From positions 5,851,950 through 5,915,949 of the forward strand of contig NC_134026.1 of assembly GCF_964204645.1 (NCBI RefSeq): DNA of 64,000 bases, read 5' to 3'. The stretch's first letter is position 1, and each line of letters opens with the position of its first letter. This document shows, one piece after another, positions 12,401-23,700 of this stretch. Under the pieces are notes generated by a model. It saw only the letters and a program-made list of their open reading frames with translations. It did not search any database and was not told where the DNA came from. This DNA comes from Tubulanus polymorphus. Taxonomy: Eukaryota > Animalia > Nemertea. Made by a program: the position numbers and the translations under genes.

Positions 12401-14085
12401 TGGCACCATCCATTTGAGCTGTACCAGTGATCATATTCTGAAAAATAAGAAAACTATGTTCGTTTTTAAAGATTATTTAATTAAATTACATTTTCTAATT
12501 GACCACTTCCATTTTCAAGACTCAGTTTTGAGATTATTCGATTCCACAATGACTATGCTAGTAGGGCTATGCTATCATTGCCAATCATCCAAGTACTGGC
12601 TTTAGAATTTGCCTTTCATAAAATAGGGAGGGGTGGAACTACTTACGACCTTTTACTGACGTTTAGTCAAACCAAATGCTGGGAAATAGCTATATTCTAG
12701 AGAAGCCTATCGTTTAGCACTAAGGTAAATTTCAAAATTGCTTCTTCTATTTATCTCCTAAATCAACCAATGACCATCCACCACTGACCTTGATGTAATC
12801 GGCATGACCCGGACAGTCGACGTGTCCATAATGTCGGTTCTCAGTTGAATATTCCACAAGGGCTGCATTAATCGTAATTCCACGCGCTCTCTCTTCAGGT
12901 GCGTTATCAATTTCATCGTACTTCTTGAATTTAGCTTTGCCGCCAGACGATAAAACTGAAACAAGTCCAGGCGATGGGAGTTTATGCTTCAAGTCAAGAA
13001 TAATTTAAACAGGGTCCCTACAGATCAGTCATTCCTAGATATAAGGAGTATTCAAGGAGAAATAAAAATTTCAAGCAAGTCTCCGCATCATTACTTTATA
13101 CCAATTACAGTAGACTCCTCCTAATTGGTAGGCTATTGTGTTCTCAGTGAACTTTTAATTTGGTGGTTTTGAAAGCGCAGTCTAATATACACTACCTAAA
13201 CTCGATGTCTAATTTGGTAACCAGGGTTAAAAAATCCTGGTCCCAACTGCAGGCTACTGATGTAGGTACAGTCTACTGTTTGTGCATCTACAAACTAGAC
13301 TAGAAAAGTTTCTAATTGCCTATTTCTCAAAATTGAGGAACTTTTAAAGGAGTTTTGGGCATTTTGCTCAAAATAACAGCATTTTCCTTTTCGATAGAGT
13401 TTTTGTCTTAGGGACCCTGTGTTGGTAATGTGCCTAATCTAACCACGACAGACACTAATCCTTAGTTCCACTAGCAGGAAAAGGACTCCTGTAGCCAACT
13501 CGCCCGAGAAAGCTTTCAACTTATGAAAACATACTTTTAGTTATAGCAGCGGTGAGAGTGGTTTTTCCATGATCGACATGCCCGATGGTTCCGATGTTGA
13601 CGTGAGGTTTGTCTCTCTTGAATATTTTCTTTTGATTTGGTAGCGTGATTGCAGTGCGAATACCAATCTGTAATTGAATATGATAGACATTGGAAGGTGA
13701 GAATTGCTATTTGATCAAAAGGCCAAAAAGGCTTTAGTTAGTTAAGGACCGGTACTCAATAAAAAGGGTATCAGATAAACCTTTCAATATTCAGCTTCAA
13801 GTTGCCAAAATAAAACCTACCTTATACTGAGTGGTAGGCTGGACCATCCATCTGGCCAAATTGCCTTTAGACACTGAAATAAATCGAATTAAGCCCAATC
13901 AATGATCACACCTTTCACAATAAAATTTCATTGTATTGAATTTGTACCCGGCATCGGATCCCAAAAAGCTCCTCCTTGTCTAATATTTGAAGGAATCAAA
14001 ATAGACCCGGTCGGTTACCTCTTCAAAACTTACCCGATTGTGATAAACACCGAATACCGAAATTCATCATCAAAGGACTGGTCAT
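9444..14085 (-). CDS. TUFM: Mitochondrial elongation factor Tu, 449 aa
   Basis: Exons 14085-14034, 13873-13821, 13667-13535, 12955-12789, 12437-12333, 12145-12077, 12000-11908, 11679-11547, 10856-10600, 10132-9959, 9557-9444, all GT-AG and phase-compatible. Motifs [23 protein letters not shown]; basic, acid-free N-terminal presequence. Confidence 0.95.
13010..13419. mobile_element. Non-autonomous TIR element (CAGGGTCCCTA termini) with a nested CAGTAGACT-terminated MITE
   Basis: ACAGGGTCCCTA at 13009-13020 and TAGGGACCCTGT at 13409-13420. Inner CAGTAGACT (~13108) ... AGTCTACTG (~13270). Related ends at ~43285-43350 and ~55780-55842. Confidence 0.65.
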
Positions 14086-14900
14086 TCTAAATCGTACGAA
14101 CACCGCGAGCTAATCTTATGTAAAGCGCCAGTGGACTGCCTCGCCTTACTCGAGAAGATCGTCTTGGGAAAGTAACCGACCGTTTATTCATGAACTGTTG
14201 AAGTTTTTGCAGTATTGAGATGAAACGTCGATATTTTCTAAAAAAAAACAATTTTTCTCTATTTTCACAGTAATTTTGGGTTATTGATACGTTTATAGTA
14301 TTCGGGCTGTGTGAAATAAATCAAGATCTTAACATTTGGGCATTTCTGTTTTCATCAAATCAAATTTCCAAAAATGTTCAGTGCATGAGAATATGATTCG
14401 TGGATGGAAATTTCTAGGATTTTAGGAAAATGTTTTTAACTCAGTACCAAAATTGCCCGGCGTAAAGAAATAACTGATTTGCAGTGATCAGACTATATTG
14501 CGTTTTAGGTTTAGAATTCTGTATACGTGCTTCATTCCACCTGATGATGGCTGTTAGTTAACAGCCATAACGTTACGATTTCATTTCGATCAAATTAATC
14601 GGTTGCAAAGAATTCTATTGTGGGACTTTTTCGCCCTCCTTTTTCATTATCTACAGTACTAGAGCCACCAGTACCGTCAGCTGGCGCCATCTCTTGATTG
14701 ATCGAAGAACCGAAGATTGATAGCTCGACGTCATTTGCGCATGCTCTCAATATGCATTGCAAATGGCGGCACTTGTTTATTGTTTGATGGCGTTCGTGAA
14801 ATACCGCAATTTCTAGGCTTAAACTAGGCAATCACAGGTAACTCGCCAGAACGGGAATAACGCGATTTTACACGGTAAACTCCGATGAACGCGACGGTAT
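14086..14900. promoter_or_regulatory. Probable bidirectional promoter region TUFM/NCOA6
   Basis: Lies between divergent genes. YY1-like AAATGGCGGC at ~14761, AGATGGCGCC on the minus strand at ~14683-14692, and a CpG-rich stretch from ~14820. Confidence 0.5.
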
Positions 14901-17773
14901 ATCTTACGTCATGTCGCCGTCGTCGGATTCTGCGTAAATATCCGCGGAAAAGTTCGACTAACTTCATCGGCGACCTGCCCACCCTCGACTCACGGCTCGC
15001 TGTCGGAATGATGTTCCAGTCGAGCCCGCACGATCTGTCACCCCGTCCGTCGCCCGAAAACACCTCCTGACAGTAGATTCGTTTTTCAGAAAGTCGATCA
15101 CGACTAATTTAGGCATCCTGAACTAGTATTTTCACAGTTTTTGACTTGATGAGATTGTTGAGTTGGGAGGCCCACACGACACCACCACACTTGCCACTGC
15201 CAGCAAATACTTAATTTTTTATGGCTTTGAAGTACTAGACTGTCAGATGAACATTTCCACCAGCGATGATTGTATTTAATTTTGAACTGGGATTTGAATA
15301 AATAGAATGGATTTCATTCACAATTTGAGAACCTTTGCACGATTAATTTCCTAGACCCAGCCATATCACTATGGTTGACCAGTTTTCTCAATCACACCGA
15401 TAAGCTTGATAATATTTCTTCTATAGGACACAGTTTTTGGTCGATGCTCATGTTACACCAATCTGTTCACATATTTTCAATTGATTTATTAATGATTGTT
15501 GTTTAGTCGAGTATGACTTATATAATTCCTTATAAGGGTATCAATTACGCCCGGCCTGTGTAATAGGCTATATCGGATTCACTTACCATCGGCCTTGGTG
15601 CATCATCCTCTATTCATTCTTGATTTATCCGCAGATTTCCGATTAAGTTGATCATTATGAATATGTTTTCACAATGATGAATTTTTTTGATTTTAATTTT
15701 CAGGGTAACTTTGCCGTGCAGTCCCTGTTTGCTGATCCATCTAGGACGTTTATCGCACAGAACGAATGACTAATGTGGAGTAAGTGTTTCCTGAATCTGT
15801 TTAAAACACTAGACCTAGCAGACCTGGCTACCTCTAGTTACAACTCTCAGGAGCTCAATTACGGATTATAGATATCAAAATATGCTCAAAATCAAAATGG
15901 TTTCTAGTTCATTTTCAATTAAACCACTATTTTAGATTTCAGATTATGGTGAAAAACTTCCACAAAGGTAGTCAGGTCTTCAGTCTAGAATTGATTAGGT
16001 TTTCTTTTAAAGGTTTGGGAGACCAAACATGGCAGTGGATAATGCCGCAAGCCTTCTGGGGCTGGATGGCCTGTACAGTTGAGCTTGCTTTAGTTTTGCA
16101 ATTTAATTTGCAAGCAGTCATTGTTTGGACAAGTCATCAACTTAATGATCTCAGCTGTGACTACTTGAGTGAGTTTGAGGGTATCCACTCTTGATAGGCT
16201 TGGGTGCCGTATATTCGCCCCTGAGACAGAACTTATTCAAGAATACTCTTCTGGTGCATCGATTTCAACAAAAATAGTATACTCTTACCTATTCCAGAAT
16301 AGCATAAACCTGATAGAAGTGGCCGGTAAAGTTTCTTATCTGAAATTGCTAATATTCCTAAACAGGAACGCAAACCAGAATTCCAAACCTACCTTAGATT
16401 TTAATGTCGTAGTCGTAGTCATTCACTGCACAGTTTTGTTCTTTTTTTTTTCAAATACAAATTACACCTGTCTGTATCAATAAGTAGTTCTTCATCCCAA
16501 AAGCAGAGTAAGTTTGTTGAAAGAAACTATTTCCACTTCACTTTCATGCTGAAGTGAAAATAGTTGGCTATTTTCTACTTGGCTGTTTAGTTGCGTTTCC
16601 TCGGCAAATAGCTTCATTGGAGCAGCCTGGACCAATAATAAAATACAACTTTAGCCATCGAATCAAAATTTAAACATAATGGTATCTATCAATCTGTTAG
16701 ATCCTTGATCCTCGTAACTCCTGCAGTACCCATGTTATCATATTATCCTGACCCAATCCAACAGAGCCTTCTTATCCTTCGGAGGAGTCTGAACTTTTAT
16801 CAGTATTTTTATCTTCAGCCCAATCCTTCGAAAAAAGCTGTACATGCTGCTGTATTTGGATAATTTTTCTCTTTCTAAAAATCGATTCTCCATCTTTTTC
16901 ATCGTATTTCGTTTTTACTTCAGATAACGTACGACCTTCAGGAGTACGTTACGAGATTGTACATTGGACAGTAGTATGTCATGTCGCTGTCATTTAGTGA
17001 TTCAGTTAATGATTTATTGATTGCGTGCATATCTAAAATCCCATACATTTCAAATGAATCGGTCGTCCGGCGAATTTGATTGGAAACGGAAATTTTTAGA
17101 GATTTTAAATCGATTATATTTTATAAATGCTTCGCATATTGTCGTATTTTTCATACCAGGGATGGGGTACACCTTCGTGCCACTGCAGTGCCCGATCTAG
17201 GCCTAAGCTCCTTTTACCGTTTGACGTCGAAAAAACCTATGGGTAGAATAACAAATAGCAAAATATTCACTGGTGCCTCCTCCCCGAGACAGAATCATGG
17301 TTACTTGCCAATAATATCACTGATTAAGATAAATCCCCCAAAGGCCACAATAGGCTTATCAGTCCCAAATGTCTGTTAAGCTCCTGGCCCAATAATGGCA
17401 ATTTTTAATCGGGAACCTTTTCGACAGTTTACTTATGGCTGTGGCGGATTGATCGCAGACCGATCGTAAGTAAATTCGCGAGAATAGAACGAGTTCTATT
17501 TCCTACGACTGGTCTTAAGGTCGTACTGGTCTTAAGGTCGTTGTAGCCAATCAGCAATGAGTATTGCATCACATGACTTGAATACTCACCGATGATTGAG
17601 TCGTAGGCGACCTGAGTGCTGTTCAGATTGTGAGACAAACAATAAGCAACCGCTGTGCTTACGACGATCTAATCGGGTCATAAGCTTGGCGTTAATCTTG
17701 ACGATATTGAACGATATATTTTGCTGTGATGCTGACGGATGTTGTCGTTTTGTTGCAGGTGTTGTGGTGTGAG

Positions 17774-20700
17774 ATGGGTCCTCCGGACGACTATATAGAG
17801 ACAGTGCTGACCTGTGAAGGTGATTACTATGATCCAGATTTCCCGAGTCGACTGGAAGCCTTCAAACAGAATCTTCAGGGTCTCTTACTCAAAGGTACGA
17901 CGATCGATTATCGATTGAAAGCCTCAATTAAAAACAAACTTTGACATATTGCAGTCGAATAAGTTCATTTTCAATCAACTTTTATCTCAATTTTGAAGCT
18001 CCCAAATTAGAACAATCCAACTAAAGATTTGGAGTGTTCATTTAAGATCTATTGCTTCAGAGAAGAAAAATCCTGATCAATAGCTAGGCAGCCACTGTTT
18101 TATATTAACCTATAAGCCATCAGGCCACCCATATCCAACCTGCTTATCACTCCTCAAGCCGCCCAAATCCGCCCTGACTCTTTTTTCGTCTAAAGTTTAT
18201 ATTGATATTCAAAGCCAATAGCTTGGGATAAACTGGACATGCAAGACATCAAAACTCAGCACAAAAAATTGACATGTTCCTATTTGAAATTTTCAAGTAT
18301 TACGAGGATGAACATGATAGATCCGAGCGTTCACTTATATTCAAAAAAGTCTGGATGAATTTTGGGGCAGAAGATCACAGTTTCGGTGGCCCACCACATC
18401 AAATCTTATGTTTTATGAAAGCCTCGACTATTTATTACAAAATAACACAAACCTGTAATACATGAATATTAACTGGAAATGGGCTGATTTTGTTTCGTGA
18501 TAAATGTGTATTTTCTGAGGAGTAATAGACACTACATAGTGAAATTCCCCAGCGCTAATGGGTTAACCTGATTTCATTTTCAAATCGTAAGATATAAACA
18601 GAGACATTTTGTGTGGTGGTGCTAGTCTCTGTTTAATCTACCCTATTTTGTTAGGAGAAATTTAAGTACCGTACCATTTTGGACAAGGACCTAATTGTAA
18701 CTGGCATAAACAAAGCACTGGTTGGTTTTTGAAAACACTTGAAAATATTGATTCGAGCTTCATGAATGATACTTCTATATATGACTCATCCTCCCCGTGG
18801 CACAGGGATTCGAAACCTGATGGCATCGCACAAAAACTTGCAACACCAATCTGATAGCCCATTGTATAATCGCTGAGACACGGATACACTATCATAAAAG
18901 AAAAACCAAAATAAGACGGGATATCTGATGACATTATCAGAGTTGCGCATGAGCTAGTGTGACAGGGTTTCGTACTGTGGTGAGTCTCAATGCCATCCGG
19001 TTCGAATCCCTGCCAGGGGATGATGTATATGACCAAAAACTCATAAAGTCTAGTCTTTATGAATTTTTGATATGACTAAACCTTCTTTTCCATCGGTAGA
19101 ACCAATAGCTGCTGCCATCTAGTGACAGAAATTCTCGAAGTCTAGAGTGATTGATAAATAGTATATTGTGAATTTCTTTTTGATTTCAGATGAGCAGCCA
19201 TTAATCTTAAAGAAAGTTGAACCATGGAACAGTGTACGTGTGACGGTGAATATCCCGAAAGAAGCTGCCCTACGACTGAAACAGTTGGCAGAGACTCGCG
19301 ATCCTTCTTTACGGGATATCGGTATTTTGGCGGTCCAAATCGAAGGTGATAACGTCATATCGTTGACGTTAGCGGGCAAGAACAATGAAACGACCGAACT
19401 CGTATTTCGGACTTGTGATGGGCCCTCGCCCGGCGTATCGATGGGGTACCACGGCTCCGCGATGCCCGCTGTTGGCCCGGCGAGTAGTAATGTTAACGCC
19501 GGGCGCGATATCCTCAATATGTTGGGCCAGCAAGTTCAACGATCGTGTTCTACGACCGGCACGTTCGACAGCGTGGTGCATCCACAAGCCGCAGGAATGG
19601 CCGCTTTCAAATTGCCGAATGTCGTCGCGTCGAACATGGAGGCATTCCCGATTCCTGCAGCTATACGCGGCCAAACGGCCATGGCGGGACACAGCTCGAA
19701 CGTGATGTCAAATGCAATAAGTCCTCAGAAAAATCCGATTGGATATCCGTCGTTGTCATCGTCATCAGCTAGTCATGTCCAGTCGTTCCCCGCCCCCGCT
19801 CTCAGTCGAAACGCTGGAAAACCGAAAGGGCAAATACCGAAACTTCCACATTTTCCGGTGAATCCGCAAGGGCCGTTCCAGAGTTTACAACCGCCTCCGC
19901 CCTATCCGGGAGGTACTGCTGTAAACAACGTACCTCACAGTATGATGCTGAACAAAGGAGCAATACCGACTTCGAGTCAGTTGTTGGTGACTTTGTTGCA
20001 AAACGAAATGGCAGCGGCCGGCACGAGCAGCAACGCCGGGGCGACCGTCGGGGCAGGCGGTATCGGACACGTCAATAACTTTCAACTGAAGAAAACGCCG
20101 TTGACGTCGCCGGTGAAAGAGCGCGCGAAAGAGAAGGAGATCGAAGCGGAGAGCAGTCCGCAGCCGAAGCGCCGTCGTAAAAACAAACCAAAAGACGGCA
20201 CGAAACCGGTGGCGCGTAACGTCATGAAAGTGGACAGCGCGACGCGCGATAAGTTCATCGCGCACATGGATGATATATTTTCCGATGTGATCGGCGATCC
20301 GTGCACCGGTCCGAGCGACTCGGAGGATGTGCCTTCGTCATCCGTGCCGACTCCGTCGACGACGGCCGCGAGTCCGCAAAATATTCCATTACCGAGCGCG
20401 TCTGCGGTGAACACTGTAATGGAAAGTAATCTTCCAGGCTTTGAGCCAAAAACGAACGCTGCCGATGCGTTAGCCGGCGGCGGCGGCACCAGTGCAGGCG
20501 GTGTAGTAGTGACTGTCGATAAGGTACAGTCGTCTATACCCTCAGGTAGTGATAACCGCAACGGTCCCGAACGGCAAAGCGTTCTACGCGAGAAACGCGA
20601 AATGATATTGCCGACGGCCGAGTCGCTGGAGAGAATGATCATCAATCCGTACACCGGTCAGTTGGAACCGATCGACAGCATCGAGGACGGCACGATCGTC

Positions 20701-23700
20701 AGGCAGGACGACGATAAATTCGACCATCATCGCAACGCCGAGAGAAGCAACGTCGTCGCTTCTAATACTTCAACATCAACAACAACTACTACTACATTAA
20801 CAACTCCTACAAAGGCAGCAGCTATGAACGATGTTAAAATCACCGCCGGCACCGGCGGCAATTTACAGCAAAAACTCTGCCATAATCCTACTCCATGTTT
20901 AACTGCTGCTGAAGCTCGACACGTACCTCCGTTTAGTAGCATCGCGAATATTGTTCATACGTCGTTATCGTCATCATCATCAGAGTCCATGATCTCACCA
21001 TCCGTAATTAAAACAGACGTGATCGCCGTGTCGTCGTCGTCGTTACCGTCAATCAGCAGCGCGTCGTATCAAGTCGTCGGTCCGCCGGTATCGTCTAGTC
21101 ATTCACCACCCACCTCGTCGTCGTCAGCTAGTTCTCGCGCTGCGTTCGTCGTCGGACACCGCGCGTTAATCGACAACGGCCGCTCGGCGTCGGTTGCTGC
21201 TAGTGATAATGTTAGTAACAATAGCGAACAAAGGACAAGCGTCAGTGACGTTGCAGTGCCAGTAACTGAAACAGGGTATACTACTCCTCGAGTTGGTGCT
21301 TTAGTAGTGTCGTCGTCTGAAGACAATAATGACAGTCGTAACAGTCCGGTAGCAGCGCCGTCGATGACATCTAACGTCGCGAAATGCGTCGCCTCGGATA
21401 CTCTGAAAAGTGCGAACGTTCAACTGTCCAAACCGTTGTCGCCGACGACGACGACTCGCGTGAAATCTCCGGCGTCGTTCGTCGTCAATCACGATTCGAA
21501 TTCGACCGTCGTCGTTAGCAACGACGCTACGCCGCCCGTTCGTCGGAACTCTCTCGGGTCATCGTCGTCATCATCGTCGTTGTCATCGTCGTATGCAACT
21601 AGCGCTTATTCGTCTACTACTTGTGATAGCGTAAGCAATACACCTCAGCAGATAGTGACTGTCGGCTGCGTGTTGAATCAACAGCAGCAGCAGCAGCCGC
21701 CGCGACCGATCGGCGTCGCGGCAGCTGCGCATTCTTCTGCGTTGTTTGTGCCAAATAAACTGAGCAAACACGGGCTGCACACTGTATCGGACAATACCGC
21801 CAGCTGCAGGATAGTATCGACACTAACGACGGCGGCGGCCAGTTCGTCGTCGCCGGCGGTTACGATCGCGAGCTCGTCGGATTACGCGACCGTAAACGTG
21901 CCGAACTCCGACACGGATTCGAAGCTATCGTCGTCGTCGTCCGTGGTCGCGTATTTCAACAGTGTCGCCGACAGTAAAAACGTTACGAAAATGACGATGG
22001 CCGAACTCGGCGGCGGATTAATCGGTGGCGGTCCGTCTGCCGTTGTCGCCACGGCGACGATGACGGTGGCGACCGCCGCGACGACGGCAGCTCTTTCCGC
22101 GTCTGTGATGCCGAGAGATTCGTTTCCCGTGGATGCAGCGAGTGCCGCGGCAGTTTCGAGCAGCGGTTGTACGACTGGTTGTGATACCCAATCGAGTGCC
22201 TTCGCATCAACTCGGGGACCTCACATGGCGCAGCTTCCTCCAGTAATGGGCATTAAAACAGGTAGGTTACAAATCTTGTATATCGATATGGTCTGTATTT
22301 AACAGGGTGCGGGAAAACCTACTTAGATTTCAAGGAAAAAGTATCACTGGGAAAACTCAGAATTTGGATAATGCAATTAACCCCATGTTTCTTTATCAGT
22401 ATGTGATTCATTGATAACTGAATGAATAGTTACATTTTAAACCTAGAAATTCCTGAAAAAACTTATGGAATTTGATGAATTTTGCACACAAAAAGATTGG
22501 AAGAACACATGGGAATTTGGATAAGGCTTATGTTATTCACCATGCGTTTCTTTATCAATATGTGATTCATGGAAATTGAATTGATTAAACATTTTAAATC
22601 AAGAAATTCCTCTGATATACTCGGGGAATTTTGTCTTAAGACATGGAAAATTTAAGAAATTCGTAACTTGGCAGAAAGTGGTCACCCTGTTTAAGGATCT
22701 CTTCTGCGTTTTCCGATGTTCGATATTGTCTCGCTCATTTCAAATTGATTACATACGTCTCGTTGTAGAAACTGAAAATCTGGTCGATTTGCCCGCAATC
22801 CCTCCAGCCATTACGGCGAAACTACAGCCAGGTCCTTTGCTGACGCGGCCTGAGCTCGGTAACGCGGCGAAGATAAACAAGGAATCTCGTATTGTGGACG
22901 GACATAAAAAGCTAGTCAGTGGATTGGACACTGTGATGACTCATATCGGGCACGTGCAAAGTGACACTCCGTCGCCGATGCTGCAGCGACCGATAATGTC
23001 GACGTCGGTGTCGACGGTTCAGAGCGCGGCACGCGCCGGCGATACGACCACCGCTCGTAACGATAGCAGTAGTAATAGCAGTAATATCAAACCTCAGGAT
23101 ACGCGTCACGGTAGTAACAGTAGCAGTAGTAGTCGTTGTGTAGTCGATTCCGTCAATCAGTCTATCGGTGCTAGTTCAGCTGGACTGGATGCGAACTCCT
23201 CGTCCTCCCCGTTGTCGTCTAAACTCGTCGCGAACGCCGTCGACGTCGCGACCATTCCGGTTCAAAATTGCGTCGACTCGCACGTCGCGGCGGCCGAGGC
23301 GCAATCCGAAATCAAATCGTCATCCTCGCACGTCGTATCGCGACGCGAAGAGCTCGTCGTCGCGAGATCGACGACCGCGGGGACTAGTATCACAACGGCT
23401 ATGACCGAGCCGGGCAAAGTTGCGAATCTCGCGAATGTGGTAGCAGCGGAGAAAAGCGCCGGACAACAACAACAGCAGCAGCACCAACATAAAAAAGGTA
23501 TATCGATAATGAAACCGATGCTCGATCGCGACGCCGAAATCGCCGATGAAATAAAGCATTTACCTCTAATTTCAGACTTACCGAATAAAGGCGGCAACGT
23601 TTTAAAAACCGATCTGAAAGTGAATTCGACCGCAGCGGCTGTTATAAACACGATCGTTTGCCACAAAACGACGTTATCGAAAAATGTGCTAAACACGGAC

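Noticed and set aside
9444-14085. Bacterial tuf gene (contamination or HGT)
   Set aside because: It has ten spliceosomal introns and an N-terminal mitochondrial presequence, so it is nuclear TUFM.
14595-14831. Minus-strand ORF containing MAPADGTGG as a possible TUFM first exon
   Set aside because: It ends in a stop with no donor. TUFM has a complete in-frame start at 14085, and the ATGGCG is better explained as a YY1/CTCF-like motif.
18999-19020. tRNA gene suggested by GGTTCGAATCC
   Set aside because: No D-arm, anticodon arm or acceptor pairing; it is part of a MITE TIR (reported as such).
22345-22650. Repeat-spacer-like periodicity (CRISPR-like array)
   Set aside because: Only two long degenerate units inside a eukaryotic TIR element; no unique spacers or cas genes.
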